From an uncultured Tateyamaria sp. (GTDB lineage: Bacteria > Pseudomonadota > Alphaproteobacteria > Rhodobacterales > Rhodobacteraceae): a DNA stretch of 64,000 bases. The notes beneath the pieces are model-generated. The model saw nothing but the letters and a program-made list of their open reading frames with translations. It was not told where the DNA came from and did no database searches. Each line of letters starts with the position of its first letter. Within the stretch, counting starts at the first letter, position 1. The position numbers were made by a program, and so were the translations under genes. This document shows, piece after piece, positions 39,961 through 50,750 of this stretch. Where the stretch lies: the NCBI GenBank assembly GCA_905480645.1, contig CAJQRC010000001.1, forward strand, positions 10,437 to 74,436, read 5' to 3'.

Positions 39961-40895
39961 TGTTTGATTTTCCACAACTTTCTGCATTTCGCGGCGGCAA
40001 TGGTAAAGTGCGCGTAATTGGGCACCGTGGCGCCCGTGAAATAATGCCCGAGAACACAATAGAGGGTTTTGAATTTACCCTAAGCTTAGGAGTTAAAGCC
40101 CTCGAATTTGACGTCTTACTAACTGCAGATCAAGTCCCAGTAATAACCCACAACCATCGTGTCTCCGCCGCAGCTACACGAAATCCAGATGGTCAATGGC
40201 TTCAAGGAATAGAACCTAAAGTGGCTACACTTAGTCTTGCACAATTACAGGAATTAGACGTAGGGGGATTGGACGGGCGTACGCGTTATGGTCAAAAATT
40301 TTCAGATCAGGCTTTTTTGAATGGCGTTCGAGTTCCCAGCCTAACCGCACTTTTGGAGCTCGTTACAAAAACAGCGTATTTAGACGTTTTTTTAATGCTT
40401 GAACTGAAATCAGACCCGTTGATAAAGGAAAAAACCCATGAGTATAATCAGCTTGTGAGTGCAGTTGTGGCACTACTTCGCGAATATGACGTATCTGACA
40501 GGACTGTGCTGCATAGCTTTGATTGGGACATGTTAAAAGAATGCAGAAGGCAGGCGCCTGACATACCAACTTCTTACCTATCTCAAGCATCAATTCACGA
40601 AGCCGATCACGATGAGGATACACCAGATTTAGTTCATTTAAAATTTATCCGTAAGAAAGATTCTCTTCCAAAGGCTATTGCAGAGGCGGGCGGACAATTG
40701 TGGTGCCCTCACTTCTCAGATGTGACGTCAGATTTAGTCGACGAAGCACATGCCATCGGTTTGCTGGTATCCACCTGGACAGTGAATAAACGAAACGACA
40801 TCTTAAGCATGATAAGTGCAGGTGTAGATGGCATTGTCACAGATCACCCAGGTCGGGTTCAACGTTGTTTACTAGAAAGAGGGCTTCATTGGTGA
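39960..40895 (+). CDS. ugpQ: Glycerophosphodiester phosphodiesterase
   Basis: VIGHRGAREIMPENTIEGF..ALEFDV has the GDPD-domain motifs. Overlaps the ugpC stop. Confidence 0.85.
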   Translation: MFDFPQLSAFRGGNGKVRVIGHRGAREIMPENTIEGFEFTLSLGVKALEFDVLLTADQVPVITHNHRVSAAATRNPDGQWLQGIEPKVATLSLAQLQELDVGGLDGRTRYGQKFSDQAFLNGVRVPSLTALLELVTKTAYLDVFLMLELKSDPLIKEKTHEYNQLVSAVVALLREYDVSDRTVLHSFDWDMLKECRRQAPDIPTSYLSQASIHEADHDEDTPDLVHLKFIRKKDSLPKAIAEAGGQLWCPHFSDVTSDLVDEAHAIGLLVSTWTVNKRNDILSMISAGVDGIVTDHPGRVQRCLLERGLHW

Positions 40896-41090
40896 GGAAT
40901 GAAATGATGATAAAAGAAATTCTCTTATAATATTTAATGCGCAGCAGCCGCGCAGAAAGAAAGATCTGCTCGGATTTAAAATCCTACTGTGTTTTTTATG
41001 AGACTAACAAAAATAAACTAATCAAAAAACTTGCTTAAAAAATTAGTAGGCGCCAACGTCTGCACACTTATAATCAAAAGAGGAAAGATC

Positions 41091-41351
41091 ATGGATATGG
41101 GTATTGAGAGTCTCGTCATTGTGCTTCTAATCGGCGCTGTTGCTGGCTGGCTAGCTGGAACAATAATGGATGGGCGTGGATTTGGGTTAATTGGCAATAT
41201 ACTCGTTGGAATTATTGGCGCTTTTGTTGCTGGACTAATTTTTCCAATGCTGGGCTTTTCGATCGCCACGGGAATTTTGGGTTCTATCATCCACGCAACG
41301 ATTGGAGCCATCGTCGTCCTCTTTGTAGTAGGATTAGTCAAACGGGCGTAA
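41091..41351 (+). CDS. GlsB/YeaQ/YmgE-family stress-response membrane protein
   Basis: LLIGAVAGWLAGTIMDGRGFGLIGNILVGIIGAFVAG. ATG 41091 follows AAAGAGGAAAG. Confidence 0.85.
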   Translation: MDMGIESLVIVLLIGAVAGWLAGTIMDGRGFGLIGNILVGIIGAFVAGLIFPMLGFSIATGILGSIIHATIGAIVVLFVVGLVKRA

Positions 41352-41480
41352 TAAAATTACACCATTTAACTAGTGCAGAATACAAAGTTAAGTATTGTGA
41401 CCTGAAAACCCTTTGACGAGCTTTATTTTACAAGCAATTTTAGGGTCAGACAGCTTTAAACATCTATTTGGCAAACTAAC

Positions 41481-41819
41481 TTAAGCTTTGCTAAATTCAT
41501 CAAAGGCCTCCAACGCTTTAGCAGCAAAAGCGATGGACGGCCCACCTCCCATGTAGCCAATCATCTCCAAAGCCTCGCATAGCTCGTTCCGAGAAGTATG
41601 CAGACGTTCCAGAGACTTCACATGGAAAGCTATGCAAGTTTCACAACGGGTGGAAATGGCGATACCCAAAGCAATTAACTCTTTTGTTTTTTCATCAAGA
41701 ACTCCATTTTTCTTTGCCGCCTTTGACATAACACCAAAACCTGCAAACATCTCAGGGGTTTCTTTTTGCAATACGCTAAATCGAACTGTTGTATCGTTTA
41801 AAAATTGTGTCCAACTCAT
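41481..41819 (-). CDS. CMD-family protein, AhpD-like (CxxC)
   Basis: 112 aa with ALGIAISTRCETCIAFHVKS. Confidence 0.8.
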   Translation of the reverse strand: MSWTQFLNDTTVRFSVLQKETPEMFAGFGVMSKAAKKNGVLDEKTKELIALGIAISTRCETCIAFHVKSLERLHTSRNELCEALEMIGYMGGGPSIAFAAKALEAFDEFSKA

Positions 41820-41970
41820 TTTTATATCCTTTAAATAATCACCATACTGCGATCCATACTATTGGAGTTTGAAAATGTCGCGGAGCAGAAAATATTAGTA
41901 ACAAAGCAAGTATACACCAAAGGTAAGCCTATTTTCTTTATAAACGTCATCTTATTTAGGCTGTAAACGA

Positions 41971-42738
41971 TTACTTGCTCTCGTCGGAACCCATTTTACG
42001 CTCCAGCCACCGCACAAAAAAACTTATTATCAGAACTAAAATAAGGTACTCTAAAATTAATAGAGTATAAATCTCTAGTGGCCGATACTCAGTCACAACC
42101 AACTCGTTTGCACGACGGGTCAATTCCTGCATACCTATAACAGAAGCAAAAGCAGACATCTTCACGATATAAATAAATTGATTGGCCAAAGGTGGGAGAA
42201 TTCGTTTGATCGCCTGTGGCAAGATTACATATCGCATTGTTTGCGAATAATTCAGCCCAACTGTCTTAGCAGCCTCTGTCTGACCTTTATTGATAGACTG
42301 AATGCCAGATCTATAGATTTCAGATGTAAAGGCGCTGTCTGATATTGCCAGAGTTATAATAGCTCCCCAAAATGCATCGATGCTAATTGTTATACCAAAG
42401 CTTTTTAGTACTACTGGTAGACCATAAAACACCCAGAACAGCATAGGTAACAAAGGAATAGCACGGACAAATTCAACATAAATTCTTGACGGAAAACTAA
42501 TCCAACGGTTTGTAGACATCCCTGGCAAAGCAACCATAAGACCAATGATCATCGATAACCCGGCAGCGATTAATGACAAAAGAATTGTCGCGCCAAACCC
42601 GTTAAGCAAAAATCTAATGTTATTATATCCCGCCACAGTGCGCGGGTCTATCACATACCAACCCCATATTCCTGGCTGTGAACTACATCCTGCTAAGGCC
42701 AAAACAATAAAAAGCCATAATGAAAACTTGAGTTTCAT
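41971..42738 (-). CDS. Polar amino-acid ABC transporter permease
   Basis: HisM/GlnP-type permease with TEAAKTVGLNYSQTMRYVILPQA. Confidence 0.88.
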   Translation of the reverse strand: MKLKFSLWLFIVLALAGCSSQPGIWGWYVIDPRTVAGYNNIRFLLNGFGATILLSLIAAGLSMIIGLMVALPGMSTNRWISFPSRIYVEFVRAIPLLPMLFWVFYGLPVVLKSFGITISIDAFWGAIITLAISDSAFTSEIYRSGIQSINKGQTEAAKTVGLNYSQTMRYVILPQAIKRILPPLANQFIYIVKMSAFASVIGMQELTRRANELVVTEYRPLEIYTLLILEYLILVLIISFFVRWLERKMGSDESK

Positions 42739-42747
42739 GTCGACCCC

Positions 42748-43491
42748 TTAGTGTTGTAAAATCTGGCTAAGAAATTCCTGGCAACGTTTTGATTTAGGCG
42801 TTTCAAAGAACTCTTTTGGCTCAGCAGTTTCAATCACTTCACCTTGATCCATAAATATCATCCGATCTGCAGCACGGCGGGCAAATCCCATCTCATGGGT
42901 AACACAAATCATGGTCATTCCATCCTCAGCCAAATCAACAATCACGTCCAAAACTTCAGCAATCATTTCAGGATCCAATGCCGAAGTGGGCTCATCAAAC
43001 AACATGATTTTCGGCTCCATACAAAGAGAACGCGCAATAGCAACACGTTGCTGTTGGCCACCAGACAAAGCACTTGGTTTTTTATTGGCCTGATCTGTAA
43101 TACGGACACGTTTAAGATAATTCATCGCACGCTCTTCTGCGTCAGTCTTCGACAGTCCAAGCGCTTTAATCGGCCCAAGTGTGAGATTATCCAAAATACT
43201 TAAGTGAGGGAATAAGTTGAATTGCTGAAAAACCATTCCGATTTCGGAGAAAATTTTGTTAATGGAGACTTCATCCTTCATTTCGATTTGCTGAACAAAT
43301 ATATTACCAGAGTCGTATTTCTCTAGCGAGTTAATGCATCTAATCAACGTTGACTTACCAGAGCCAGAAGGACCACACACCACAATACGCTCACCGTGGG
43401 AGACTGTTACACTTACATCTTTCAAGGCATGGAACTCTCCATACCACTTATTTAAATTCCTCACTTCGATTGCTTTTCTTCTATCAGACAT
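42748..43491 (-). CDS. Polar amino-acid ABC transporter ATP-binding protein
   Basis: GPSGSGKSTLIRCIN, LSGGQQQRVAIARSL, LFDEPTSALDPE (GlnQ-like). Confidence 0.92.
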   Translation of the reverse strand: MSDRRKAIEVRNLNKWYGEFHALKDVSVTVSHGERIVVCGPSGSGKSTLIRCINSLEKYDSGNIFVQQIEMKDEVSINKIFSEIGMVFQQFNLFPHLSILDNLTLGPIKALGLSKTDAEERAMNYLKRVRITDQANKKPSALSGGQQQRVAIARSLCMEPKIMLFDEPTSALDPEMIAEVLDVIVDLAEDGMTMICVTHEMGFARRAADRMIFMDQGEVIETAEPKEFFETPKSKRCQEFLSQILQH

Positions 43492-43612
43492 GGACAGATC
43501 CTTGAAAATTAGCTCAGATCTTTTATGTTATCATTTTCATCCACCTATTCACAGGTACTGGCAATAGACGTAAGGCATTACCCTTAAATAAAAATATGAA
43601 AAAGAGAAAAAA

Positions 43613-44389
43613 ATGAACCTTTTTAAGAAATTGGGCCTCGCTGCGGCCTGTGCCACTACATTACTGACCTCTCCCGCAAGCGCACAATCAGCACTGAACG
43701 AGATACTCAGCGATGGAATTCTGAAAGTAGGCACAACAGGTGATTGGAACCCAATGTCTGTTCGCGACCCTGCAACAAATGCTTATGTCGGTTACGACAT
43801 CGACATTATGACCGAGCTTGCTGCTGACCTTGGCGTAGAACTTGAATTTGTACCAACAGACTGGAAAACCCTGGTCAATGGTATTGTTGCTGGAAAATAT
43901 CACTTAACTGGTTCCGCCTCGATCAGTCCAGCCCGAATGAAAGCCGCTGGATATTCCGATAGTTATATTTCCATTGAGATCTTACCTTTTACTACAAGCG
44001 ATAAAGAAGATCGTTTCAATGATTGGGGTTCTATCAATGCTGCCGATGTTAAAGTGGCAACAACTCTTGGAACTACATTTGAAGCAAAAGTCCGAAATTG
44101 GTTTCCTGCTGCAGAAATTGTTGTCGTAGAGGCGCCGGCACGCGGATTTCAAGAAGTTTTATCAGGCCGTGCTGATGTCTTTGTAACCTCAAATATAGAA
44201 GGGTCAACTTTACTGACAAAGTTCCCAACTTTAAGGCAAATTGAAGTTTCAAAAGCACGCACACCTACCCCGATCGCAATGCTGTTGCCACAAAATGATC
44301 AAGTTTGGATCAACTATGTTGATAGCTGGATTGAATTGAAAAAGGCCCAAGGTTTTTTCATTAAGACCGCGGCTCGTTGGGGTTTGTAA
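43613..44389 (+). CDS. Polar amino-acid ABC transporter substrate-binding protein (family 3)
   Basis: Signal peptide, then LKVGTTGDWNPMSVRD...GYDIDIMTELA. Divergent from the permease/ATPase pair. Confidence 0.88.
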   Translation: MNLFKKLGLAAACATTLLTSPASAQSALNEILSDGILKVGTTGDWNPMSVRDPATNAYVGYDIDIMTELAADLGVELEFVPTDWKTLVNGIVAGKYHLTGSASISPARMKAAGYSDSYISIEILPFTTSDKEDRFNDWGSINAADVKVATTLGTTFEAKVRNWFPAAEIVVVEAPARGFQEVLSGRADVFVTSNIEGSTLLTKFPTLRQIEVSKARTPTPIAMLLPQNDQVWINYVDSWIELKKAQGFFIKTAARWGL

Positions 44390-44414
44390 TCCAAATTTTC
44401 TTGTGTCATTACAA

Positions 44415-44445
44415 AGTCGCGGCACATGATTTTTACGCCGCGACT
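44415..44445 (+). terminator. Perfect 9-bp stem hairpin (AGTCGCGGC-N13-GCCGCGACT) after the binding-protein gene
   Basis: Read directly. There is no clean T-tract after the stem, so terminator function is uncertain. Confidence 0.45.
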
Positions 44446-44512
44446 GACAGAATTTTATCATCTTACTGCGCAAAAATTGGAACTTAGACGGACTGGCGGG
44501 ATACTTGCCAAT

Positions 44513-45395
44513 TTACTGTAGTTGGTCTCTGAGCGCTTCGTAAAGATTTTTTCCGTTGTGGGCGCCGTGCGGTCTGGCGAAGCTGTAGAACCGTTCCCAT
44601 TCGTCAAGTTTGGCCTCTAGGTCGACATCACCTTTGTGACTGAGCAGCTTGTAGAATTCCTACTGATAGTAACGGTGAGAGCGCTCCACTTTGGCGTTCC
44701 ACGTTTGATGTACGCGTGCCTGATCCCGAGATCTTCAACATGCCAATGTTACTTTGCTTGGAACTGATGGCCATTGTCGGATCATACTTCGCGGATTCGG
44801 ATCGGTAACTTTTCAATGATGTAGTCAGTGAAGTCGATAGCGTTTGCCTGCCTATGTTTCTCGTAAACCTTGAGGGCGCGAACTCTGGTCGCATCGTCGA
44901 TGGCAGTGTATTGGAGCCGACGAACCTTCTCACCGTTCTTCCTATAAAGGTCAGAAACATAACATCTACCTGAATGTGATGGGTAGGCACCTACCTCTGA
45001 TATAGCTTGTTGTGTAGCTTTCGTATGCTCGTGCCTCTGGGCAGTCTATTGAGGCCGTTGTGTCTGAGAATACGATAGGCTCCAGCGTCTGAAATTTTGA
45101 TGTCATGGTATCGTGCCAAGTACTAAACGATCCAGATGGACCTCAGGCGATACCTGCTCCGAAAATATAGAACTTTCTCCATAATCTTCAGTGGCGTTTG
45201 ATTGGCTGGGTTCTTCGGAATTGACTTGGCATTTTTGAGGACAGCATCACCATGCTTTTGATAGGCATCCCACCATTGATAAAATCTGGATTTACCAACT
45301 CCAAAATACCGGCAAGCTCTGTATGCATTGCCGATCTTCTCGGCAAGCGGAAGCACTCTAAGCTTGCATAGAATGTCGCGTTCTTCGTTCATCAT
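44513..45395 (-). mobile_element. IS481-family transposase pseudogene (frameshifted, shortened)
   Basis: N-terminal HTH part MMNEERDILCKLRVLPLAEKIGNAYRACRYFGVGKSRFYQWWDAYQKHG. Core in other frames: KVRRLQYTAIDDATRVRALKVYE, SDNGHQFQAKYHWHVEDLGIRH, DVDLEAKLDEWERFYSFARPHGAHNGKNLYEALRDQLQ*. Needs several frame changes and is about 0.88 kb. Confidence 0.8.
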
Positions 45396-45683
45396 AAAAA
45401 CTTCCTCCACCCCAAATCAGGAACTGACAAGAAGTGTCCCAAAAACCGTACATATCTACACTGAGGACGTAGATTTAGAACCAGCTATACCTATAGCACA
45501 CGAGGTATACTTTATAACTATAGTTGTAGTATCCGACCACAGCTATAAAAAGATGAAAATCACAAGTGCTTTGCCGTGTCAGTCACGGCCCACAGTTGTA
45601 TTACGAGAAAATGATTGTCCCCTTAGTTCTTAACGAGCATGAGTTGAGCATGGCATGACCAGAATGCATAGTACTTGATATAC

Positions 45684-45739
45684 CCCCCACACCAAAGGGA
45701 TACCTACCCCCCCGTTGGTATTTCAGTGGAGTGCGGGGG
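45684..45739. repeat. Nested imperfect palindrome built on C6/C7 and G5 runs
   Basis: Outer arms cccccacac (45684-45692) / gtgcggggg (45731-45739) pair at 8 of 9 positions. Inner arms accaaaggg (45691-45699) / cccgttggt (45711-45719) pair at 8 of 9. Confidence 0.5.
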
Positions 45740-46299
45740 TACCCTATAGGAGTATGAGTAACGTAATATACAAACTTACAGATTTAATTCGATTTTATTG
45801 TTCAGTTGGCAAGATAGCAAACACAAACTTCTGAATTTATCTAGGAAATACCCCTTACTGATAGTATTCCCTATCAAATTTATTTACCTCTGCGCACACA
45901 GCTGATGTAATAAATCAATCGGGCAGTCCACATCCTTGACGCGATCCTCAAAGGTTTGGATCAGGCTGTGATAGGCTATCCCACAAAGTCCGTCTTTACC
46001 CACCTATCCAACACATTGGATATATGCTTGGCGCAGCACAGACGGCAACGGATTTTACTAGACCCGGCGTTTGCTATTAGGCATCCAATATAGCTATGAT
46101 CCTCTTGGAAAACGCTAGATTATCGTCCTGATTTTGAGACGGCAATCATCTCACATACGCACCAGAATCAACGGGATGGCTGGGAGCTCCACTGTTATAG
46201 TAATGGGTTCCTGATCGCTTAATTGTGTCCTGAATGTATGATAAAATCTATTTCCTGATTGATGAAATCTAAGGAATTTGTTGACTTAACAGGAAAATA

Positions 46300-46383
46300 T
46301 GGTGCGGGTGAAGGGACTCGAACCCCCACGCCAAAGGCGCCAGAACCTAAATCTGGTGCGTCTACCAATTCCGCCACACCCGC
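46300..46383 (-). tRNA. tRNA-Leu (anticodon TAG), CCA encoded
   Basis: Hand-folded: acceptor GCGGGTG/CACCCGC, anticodon stem CCAGA/TCTGG with loop TTTAGGT, long variable arm, T-loop TTCGAGT. Confidence 0.9.
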
Positions 46384-46816
46384 AATTTTCTTCTCTTTAG
46401 CAAAGCCAACCTAAGGATGCGAGAGAAATTTATCTGACACAGCACAAAATTTTTAATCAACAAATTTTACAGTTATTCATCTCAATGAATATATATTCAG
46501 ATGGTATACAAGGATCTGGCAATCCATTTTCTGCAGTTAAGTCCCTATTTTTGCATATTAATTAAACCGTCGTCATAAACAATAATTTTTAAATGCAAAA
46601 TTAGGATCAACGATCGCGCGCAACAAGATTGATAAATAGGACATTTATTTATTTGGTCCATGGATATATGTACAACTTTTAAGTTTTGTTAGACGGCATC
46701 GTTCAGTAGCAGCTACCCGATTCAGTTTCGATTAAATTTTGTGCAAAGCGCACATATTTAAATCATTCAGCACAAAAATAGAATGAGTCTTAGTTGTACC
46801 TTAATCAACACCATAG

Positions 46817-47209
<393 letters not shown>

Positions 47210-47241
47210 CATGATTAAATAAAATAAAGGAAAAATTGAAT

Positions 47242-48645
47242 ATGGTTCACCCTGTGCTAGACCTCATTACAAAAGAAGATGCAGAATACGTAGACATTCG
47301 ATTTACAGACCCGCGCGGTAAGCTTCAGCATGTGACCGTCATGGCCGATCAGGTTGATGAAGACTTTCTTGAAGAGGGTTTTATGTTCGACGGGTCATCC
47401 ATTGCCGGTTGGAAATCAATTGAAGCATCAGATATGAAGTTGATGCCAGACCAAGAAAGCGCGTATATAGATCCTTTTTATGCTGAAAAAACAATCTGCG
47501 TACATTGTTCTATTGTGGAACCCGATACTGGTGAAGCTTATGAACGGGATCCACGCGGCACCGCCGAAAAAGCCGAAGCGTATTTGATTTCCTCTGGTAT
47601 AGGTGATGTTTCCTACATGGGGCCAGAAGCAGAATTTTTCTTGTTCGATGACGTGAGATTTTCGAATTCTATCAACAAGGTATCTTACGAAGTGGATGCA
47701 GTAGACGCGTCATGGAATACTGACACAGAGTATGAAATGGGAAACATGGGTCACCGTCCTGGTGTCAAAGGTGGTTACTTTCCCGTTAATCCGACGGATG
47801 AATCCCAAGACCTCCGATCAGAAATGTTATCTACTATGAAACGGCTAGGCATGAAGGTAGACAAACATCATCATGAAGTCGCTTCTTGCCAGCATGAACT
47901 TGGGCTGATATTTGGGTCGCTTACTAAACAAGCCGATGAGCTACAGAAGTATAAATACGTGATTCACAACGTGGCTGCAGCCTATGGTAAATCAGCCACA
48001 TTCATGCCTAAACCCATCGCCGGCGATAATGGTACTGGAATGCATGTTAACATGTCGATTTGGAAGAATGGAAAACCAATTTTTGCAGGTGACAAATATG
48101 CAGATCTTTCGAATGAAGCGCTTTGGTTTATTGGTGGTATTTTAAAGCATGCTAAGGCGCTTAACGCTTTCACTAACCCCTCGACTAATAGCTACAAACG
48201 CTTAATTCCCGGCTTTGAGGCGCCAGTACTGCGTGCTTATTCTGCACGCAACCGGTCTGGTTGTATTCGCATCCCATGGGCAGAGTCACCAAAAGCCAAG
48301 CGTGTAGAAGCCCGTTTTCCTGACCCCTCTGCAAACCCGTACCTTTGCTTCGCAGCCCTTCTAATGGCCGGCCTTGACGGTATCAAAAATAAAATTGATC
48401 CTGGTGAAGCAATGGATAAAAATCTGTATGATCTACCCGCTGAAGAACTTTCCGGCATACCAACAGTTTGTGGCTCTTTGCGAGAAGCTATGGAAGAGCT
48501 CAGTGTTGATATGGATTTCCTAATGGCCGGTGACGTGTTCACCAAAGACCAAATCGAAGGCTATATCGAATTAAAAATGGAAGAGATTGAAACATACGAG
48601 CATACCCCTCATCCTGTCGAGTTTGGCATGTACTACAGCTGTTAG
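47242..48645 (+). CDS. glnA: Glutamine synthetase type I
   Basis: [10 protein letters not shown]..., [16 protein letters not shown], and the adenylylation-site context DKNLYDLP. I prefer ATG 47242 after AAAGGA; the track uses TTG 47236. Confidence 0.95.
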   Translation: MVHPVLDLITKEDAEYVDIRFTDPRGKLQHVTVMADQVDEDFLEEGFMFDGSSIAGWKSIEASDMKLMPDQESAYIDPFYAEKTICVHCSIVEPDTGEAYERDPRGTAEKAEAYLISSGIGDVSYMGPEAEFFLFDDVRFSNSINKVSYEVDAVDASWNTDTEYEMGNMGHRPGVKGGYFPVNPTDESQDLRSEMLSTMKRLGMKVDKHHHEVASCQHELGLIFGSLTKQADELQKYKYVIHNVAAAYGKSATFMPKPIAGDNGTGMHVNMSIWKNGKPIFAGDKYADLSNEALWFIGGILKHAKALNAFTNPSTNSYKRLIPGFEAPVLRAYSARNRSGCIRIPWAESPKAKRVEARFPDPSANPYLCFAALLMAGLDGIKNKIDPGEAMDKNLYDLPAEELSGIPTVCGSLREAMEELSVDMDFLMAGDVFTKDQIEGYIELKMEEIETYEHTPHPVEFGMYYSC

Positions 48646-48668
48646 ACACGACAAATATCAACTAATTT

Positions 48669-48695
48669 AAGGTGCTCAGTATTGGGCGCCTTTTT
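48669..48695 (+). terminator. Rho-independent terminator candidate after glnA
   Basis: aaggtgc-tcagtattgg-gcgcctt followed by ttt. A 7-bp stem with one G-U pair. Confidence 0.5.
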
Positions 48696-48974
48696 ATAGT
48701 ACGGTGATTTTGCCATAAATTTATGAATGCCCTTCGTATTTCAAATCTATAAAAAAAGTGCCAAACTTCAATTTAGTGAATTTTTTATGCGCGTGTTAGT
48801 GGCGAACCGTTGCAAAGTAAAACAAACATTCTTTATGAGAAGATGAAAATAATACACAAAGACTGAACTCTTTAATTCGTATTGCTTCAGTTATAGCAAA
48901 AGGATTTCCTTGGCAGTTGCACCTAGAATTAGCATAACCACAGCACCACTTACCATGTCCTGAAAAGAAACGCT

Positions 48975-49766
48975 TTGAAACTTTTAGCTCTTACTTTTAG
49001 CTTTATTTTATTTGCAAATGCAGCATTTTCTATCCAATGTGGTAACACGGTTTCAGGTTTCAACCAGTGGAAAGGTGCATTTGCAAAAATAGCAAAGAAA
49101 GAAGGTATCAAGGCTCCTGGGCTTAGTGCTCTTTCACAAGCAAATTACGCAACAGATACCATCTCAGCAGATCGCAATCAAAAAACCTTCAGGTATTCGC
49201 TATCTAAATTTATGCAAACACGCGGTGCAGAAACAATTGTAGCAAGAGGTCGTAAGCGGAAGGCCGCAAGCCCAAACTTTTATGCAACGTTGGAAAAGAA
49301 ATATGGTGTACCAGCGGGTGTACTAATAGCCATACACGGCATGGAAACCGCTTTTGGTAGTTTTATGGGTGATAGCCCTATCGTTTCGGCCATTATCACA
49401 CTGACATATGATTGCCGCCGTTCAGCATTCTTCCAACCGCACGCTCTCAGCGCTCTAAAATTAGTCGATCAAGGATCAATTACAGCTACGACCAGAGGCG
49501 CTAAACATGGGGAGCTTGGGCACACACAGTTCTTACCAGGCAATGCACTGATCTATGGGGTAGATGCTACTGGCGATGGACAGATTGATTTTTATAACCA
49601 AATTGACGCACTCGCATCAACTGCCAATTATCTGCGCAAAAAAGGTTGGAAGCGAGGCAAAGGTTATCAAGAAGGTCAACCTAATTTTTCCGTGATAAAA
49701 AAATGGAATGCTGCCACCGTTTATCAGCAGGCTATTGCGATTATTGGCGAAAAAATAGATAGTTAA
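48975..49766 (+). CDS. Lytic murein transglycosylase (MltB-like, SLT_2)
   Basis: Signal peptide; GVPAGVLIAIHGMETAFG; GHTQFLPGN; the C-terminal part matches family patterns. TTG start. Confidence 0.85.
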   Translation: MKLLALTFSFILFANAAFSIQCGNTVSGFNQWKGAFAKIAKKEGIKAPGLSALSQANYATDTISADRNQKTFRYSLSKFMQTRGAETIVARGRKRKAASPNFYATLEKKYGVPAGVLIAIHGMETAFGSFMGDSPIVSAIITLTYDCRRSAFFQPHALSALKLVDQGSITATTRGAKHGELGHTQFLPGNALIYGVDATGDGQIDFYNQIDALASTANYLRKKGWKRGKGYQEGQPNFSVIKKWNAATVYQQAIAIIGEKIDS

Positions 49767-50009
49767 ATTAACAGAAGAACGGTAGAATAACTTCTTTAAT
49801 TGGAACTCGCAAAAGTTAACTAACTTTAAAATCTTCCAGGAGGGTAATGCTGACTGACGCTACAACCAGAAAATTGTATTGCAGCAAATGACAAATTTTT
49901 TGAGTTGCTGTCAAATTTATTGGGTGCTTAGCGCTGCTATACTTATTAATTCGAAGTAGTGTGAAAAAATTTTAATATATTAAAATTGTATTTCGCTTAT
50001 CCAACATTT

Positions 50010-50750
50010 CTATAGAATATCCTCGCGGCGCAGCAGGTAAGTATGGATTGCGAATGAAACAGCGCGAGACACCGGCAAACGGAGTAATGTCTGGCGTTCC
50101 GTCCGATAGTAAGGTCCGTCAATTTGGTCGAAACCGACGCGCCGAGGTTGTGAGCTCGAGCGAGGTTGAAACAATTCTGGATCTTCATACCAAAGCTGGT
50201 TAAATCTCCACATAGGGCGACCAATTTTTATCCCATCGAATAAACGCTGCACTCGACGAGCTATTTCTTCATTATATTCTTCTACCGGCACATGAATATC
50301 AGTTAGTGAACGTCCAGCTTTTTCATGAAGACGCCAGGATGCAGGAAAACATAGAACTGCACCAGTAAGAACGTGTTCACTGCCACGCTTTTCCATTAGC
50401 ACAAAGTCATTTTGCATTAATTGACCCAAAACCATCATTGGATTATCAAATACCGAGACATCCACTCGTCTCCCATCCGGACAAACAATTAGTGTATTCA
50501 ATATCTCAAAGCCTAGCGTTGGAAGTAATTTTAATACCTCTTTCAGTAATTCATGTGCTGCAGGAAGAGACGATGGATCCAAATACAGGACCTGATTCGG
50601 CACAGTACCCAGTAATTGAATCCGCCGCTGCATCTGTGCGGCATAAGCATCATCAACATGTAACCAACTGTCTACCACGGGTTGAACACCAGGCAGTGCA
50701 CGGCCTACACGCATATCTGCTGGTAGTTGACAATGTAGGATTGGTTTCAT
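50010..50750 (-). CDS. DUF3445-domain protein (heme-dependent oxidative N-demethylase alpha-like family)
   Basis: About 246 aa. WLHVDDAYAAQMQRRIQLL...VLCFPASWRLHEKAGRSLTDIHVPV resembles the DUF3445 pattern. I prefer the ATG 50750 start. Confidence 0.7.
   Translation of the reverse strand: MKPILHCQLPADMRVGRALPGVQPVVDSWLHVDDAYAAQMQRRIQLLGTVPNQVLYLDPSSLPAAHELLKEVLKLLPTLGFEILNTLIVCPDGRRVDVSVFDNPMMVLGQLMQNDFVLMEKRGSEHVLTGAVLCFPASWRLHEKAGRSLTDIHVPVEEYNEEIARRVQRLFDGIKIGRPMWRFNQLWYEDPELFQPRSSSQPRRVGFDQIDGPYYRTERQTLLRLPVSRAVSFAIHTYLLRREDIL

Noticed and set aside
41018-41341. 107-aa minus-strand ORF opposite the GlsB/YeaQ-family gene
   Set aside because: The plus-strand product has the clear family signature (GAVAGWLAG...GxxxG repeats), so the minus frame is a shadow.
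44443-45429. ACTGACA 7-mers at 44443 and 45423 as target-site duplications flanking the IS481 relic
   Set aside because: A 7-mer match between two ~60-nt windows is plausible by chance. I could not find matching terminal inverted repeats inside them.
45328-45633. 101-aa plus-strand ORF overlapping the 5' end of the IS481 relic
   Set aside because: Partly antisense to the transposase N-terminus. The rest is in junk DNA, with no motif.
45990-46299. Possible tyrosine-integrase C-terminal remnant next to tRNA-Leu (minus-strand peptide ..CCAKHISNVLDRWVKTDFVG..)
   Set aside because: It shows only a vague A-x-H...N...D resemblance to the LAHxxxNxxExAYxRxD block. It is far too short and interrupted to support a call.
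46740-46754. Palindrome TGTGCAAAGCGCACA upstream of glnB as an NtrC site
   Set aside because: The half-site arrangement (GTGC-N-GCAC, 5-nt spacer) does not match the enteric TGCACC-N5-GGTGCA layout. I cannot verify an alphaproteobacterial NtrC motif from memory, so I leave it unassigned.
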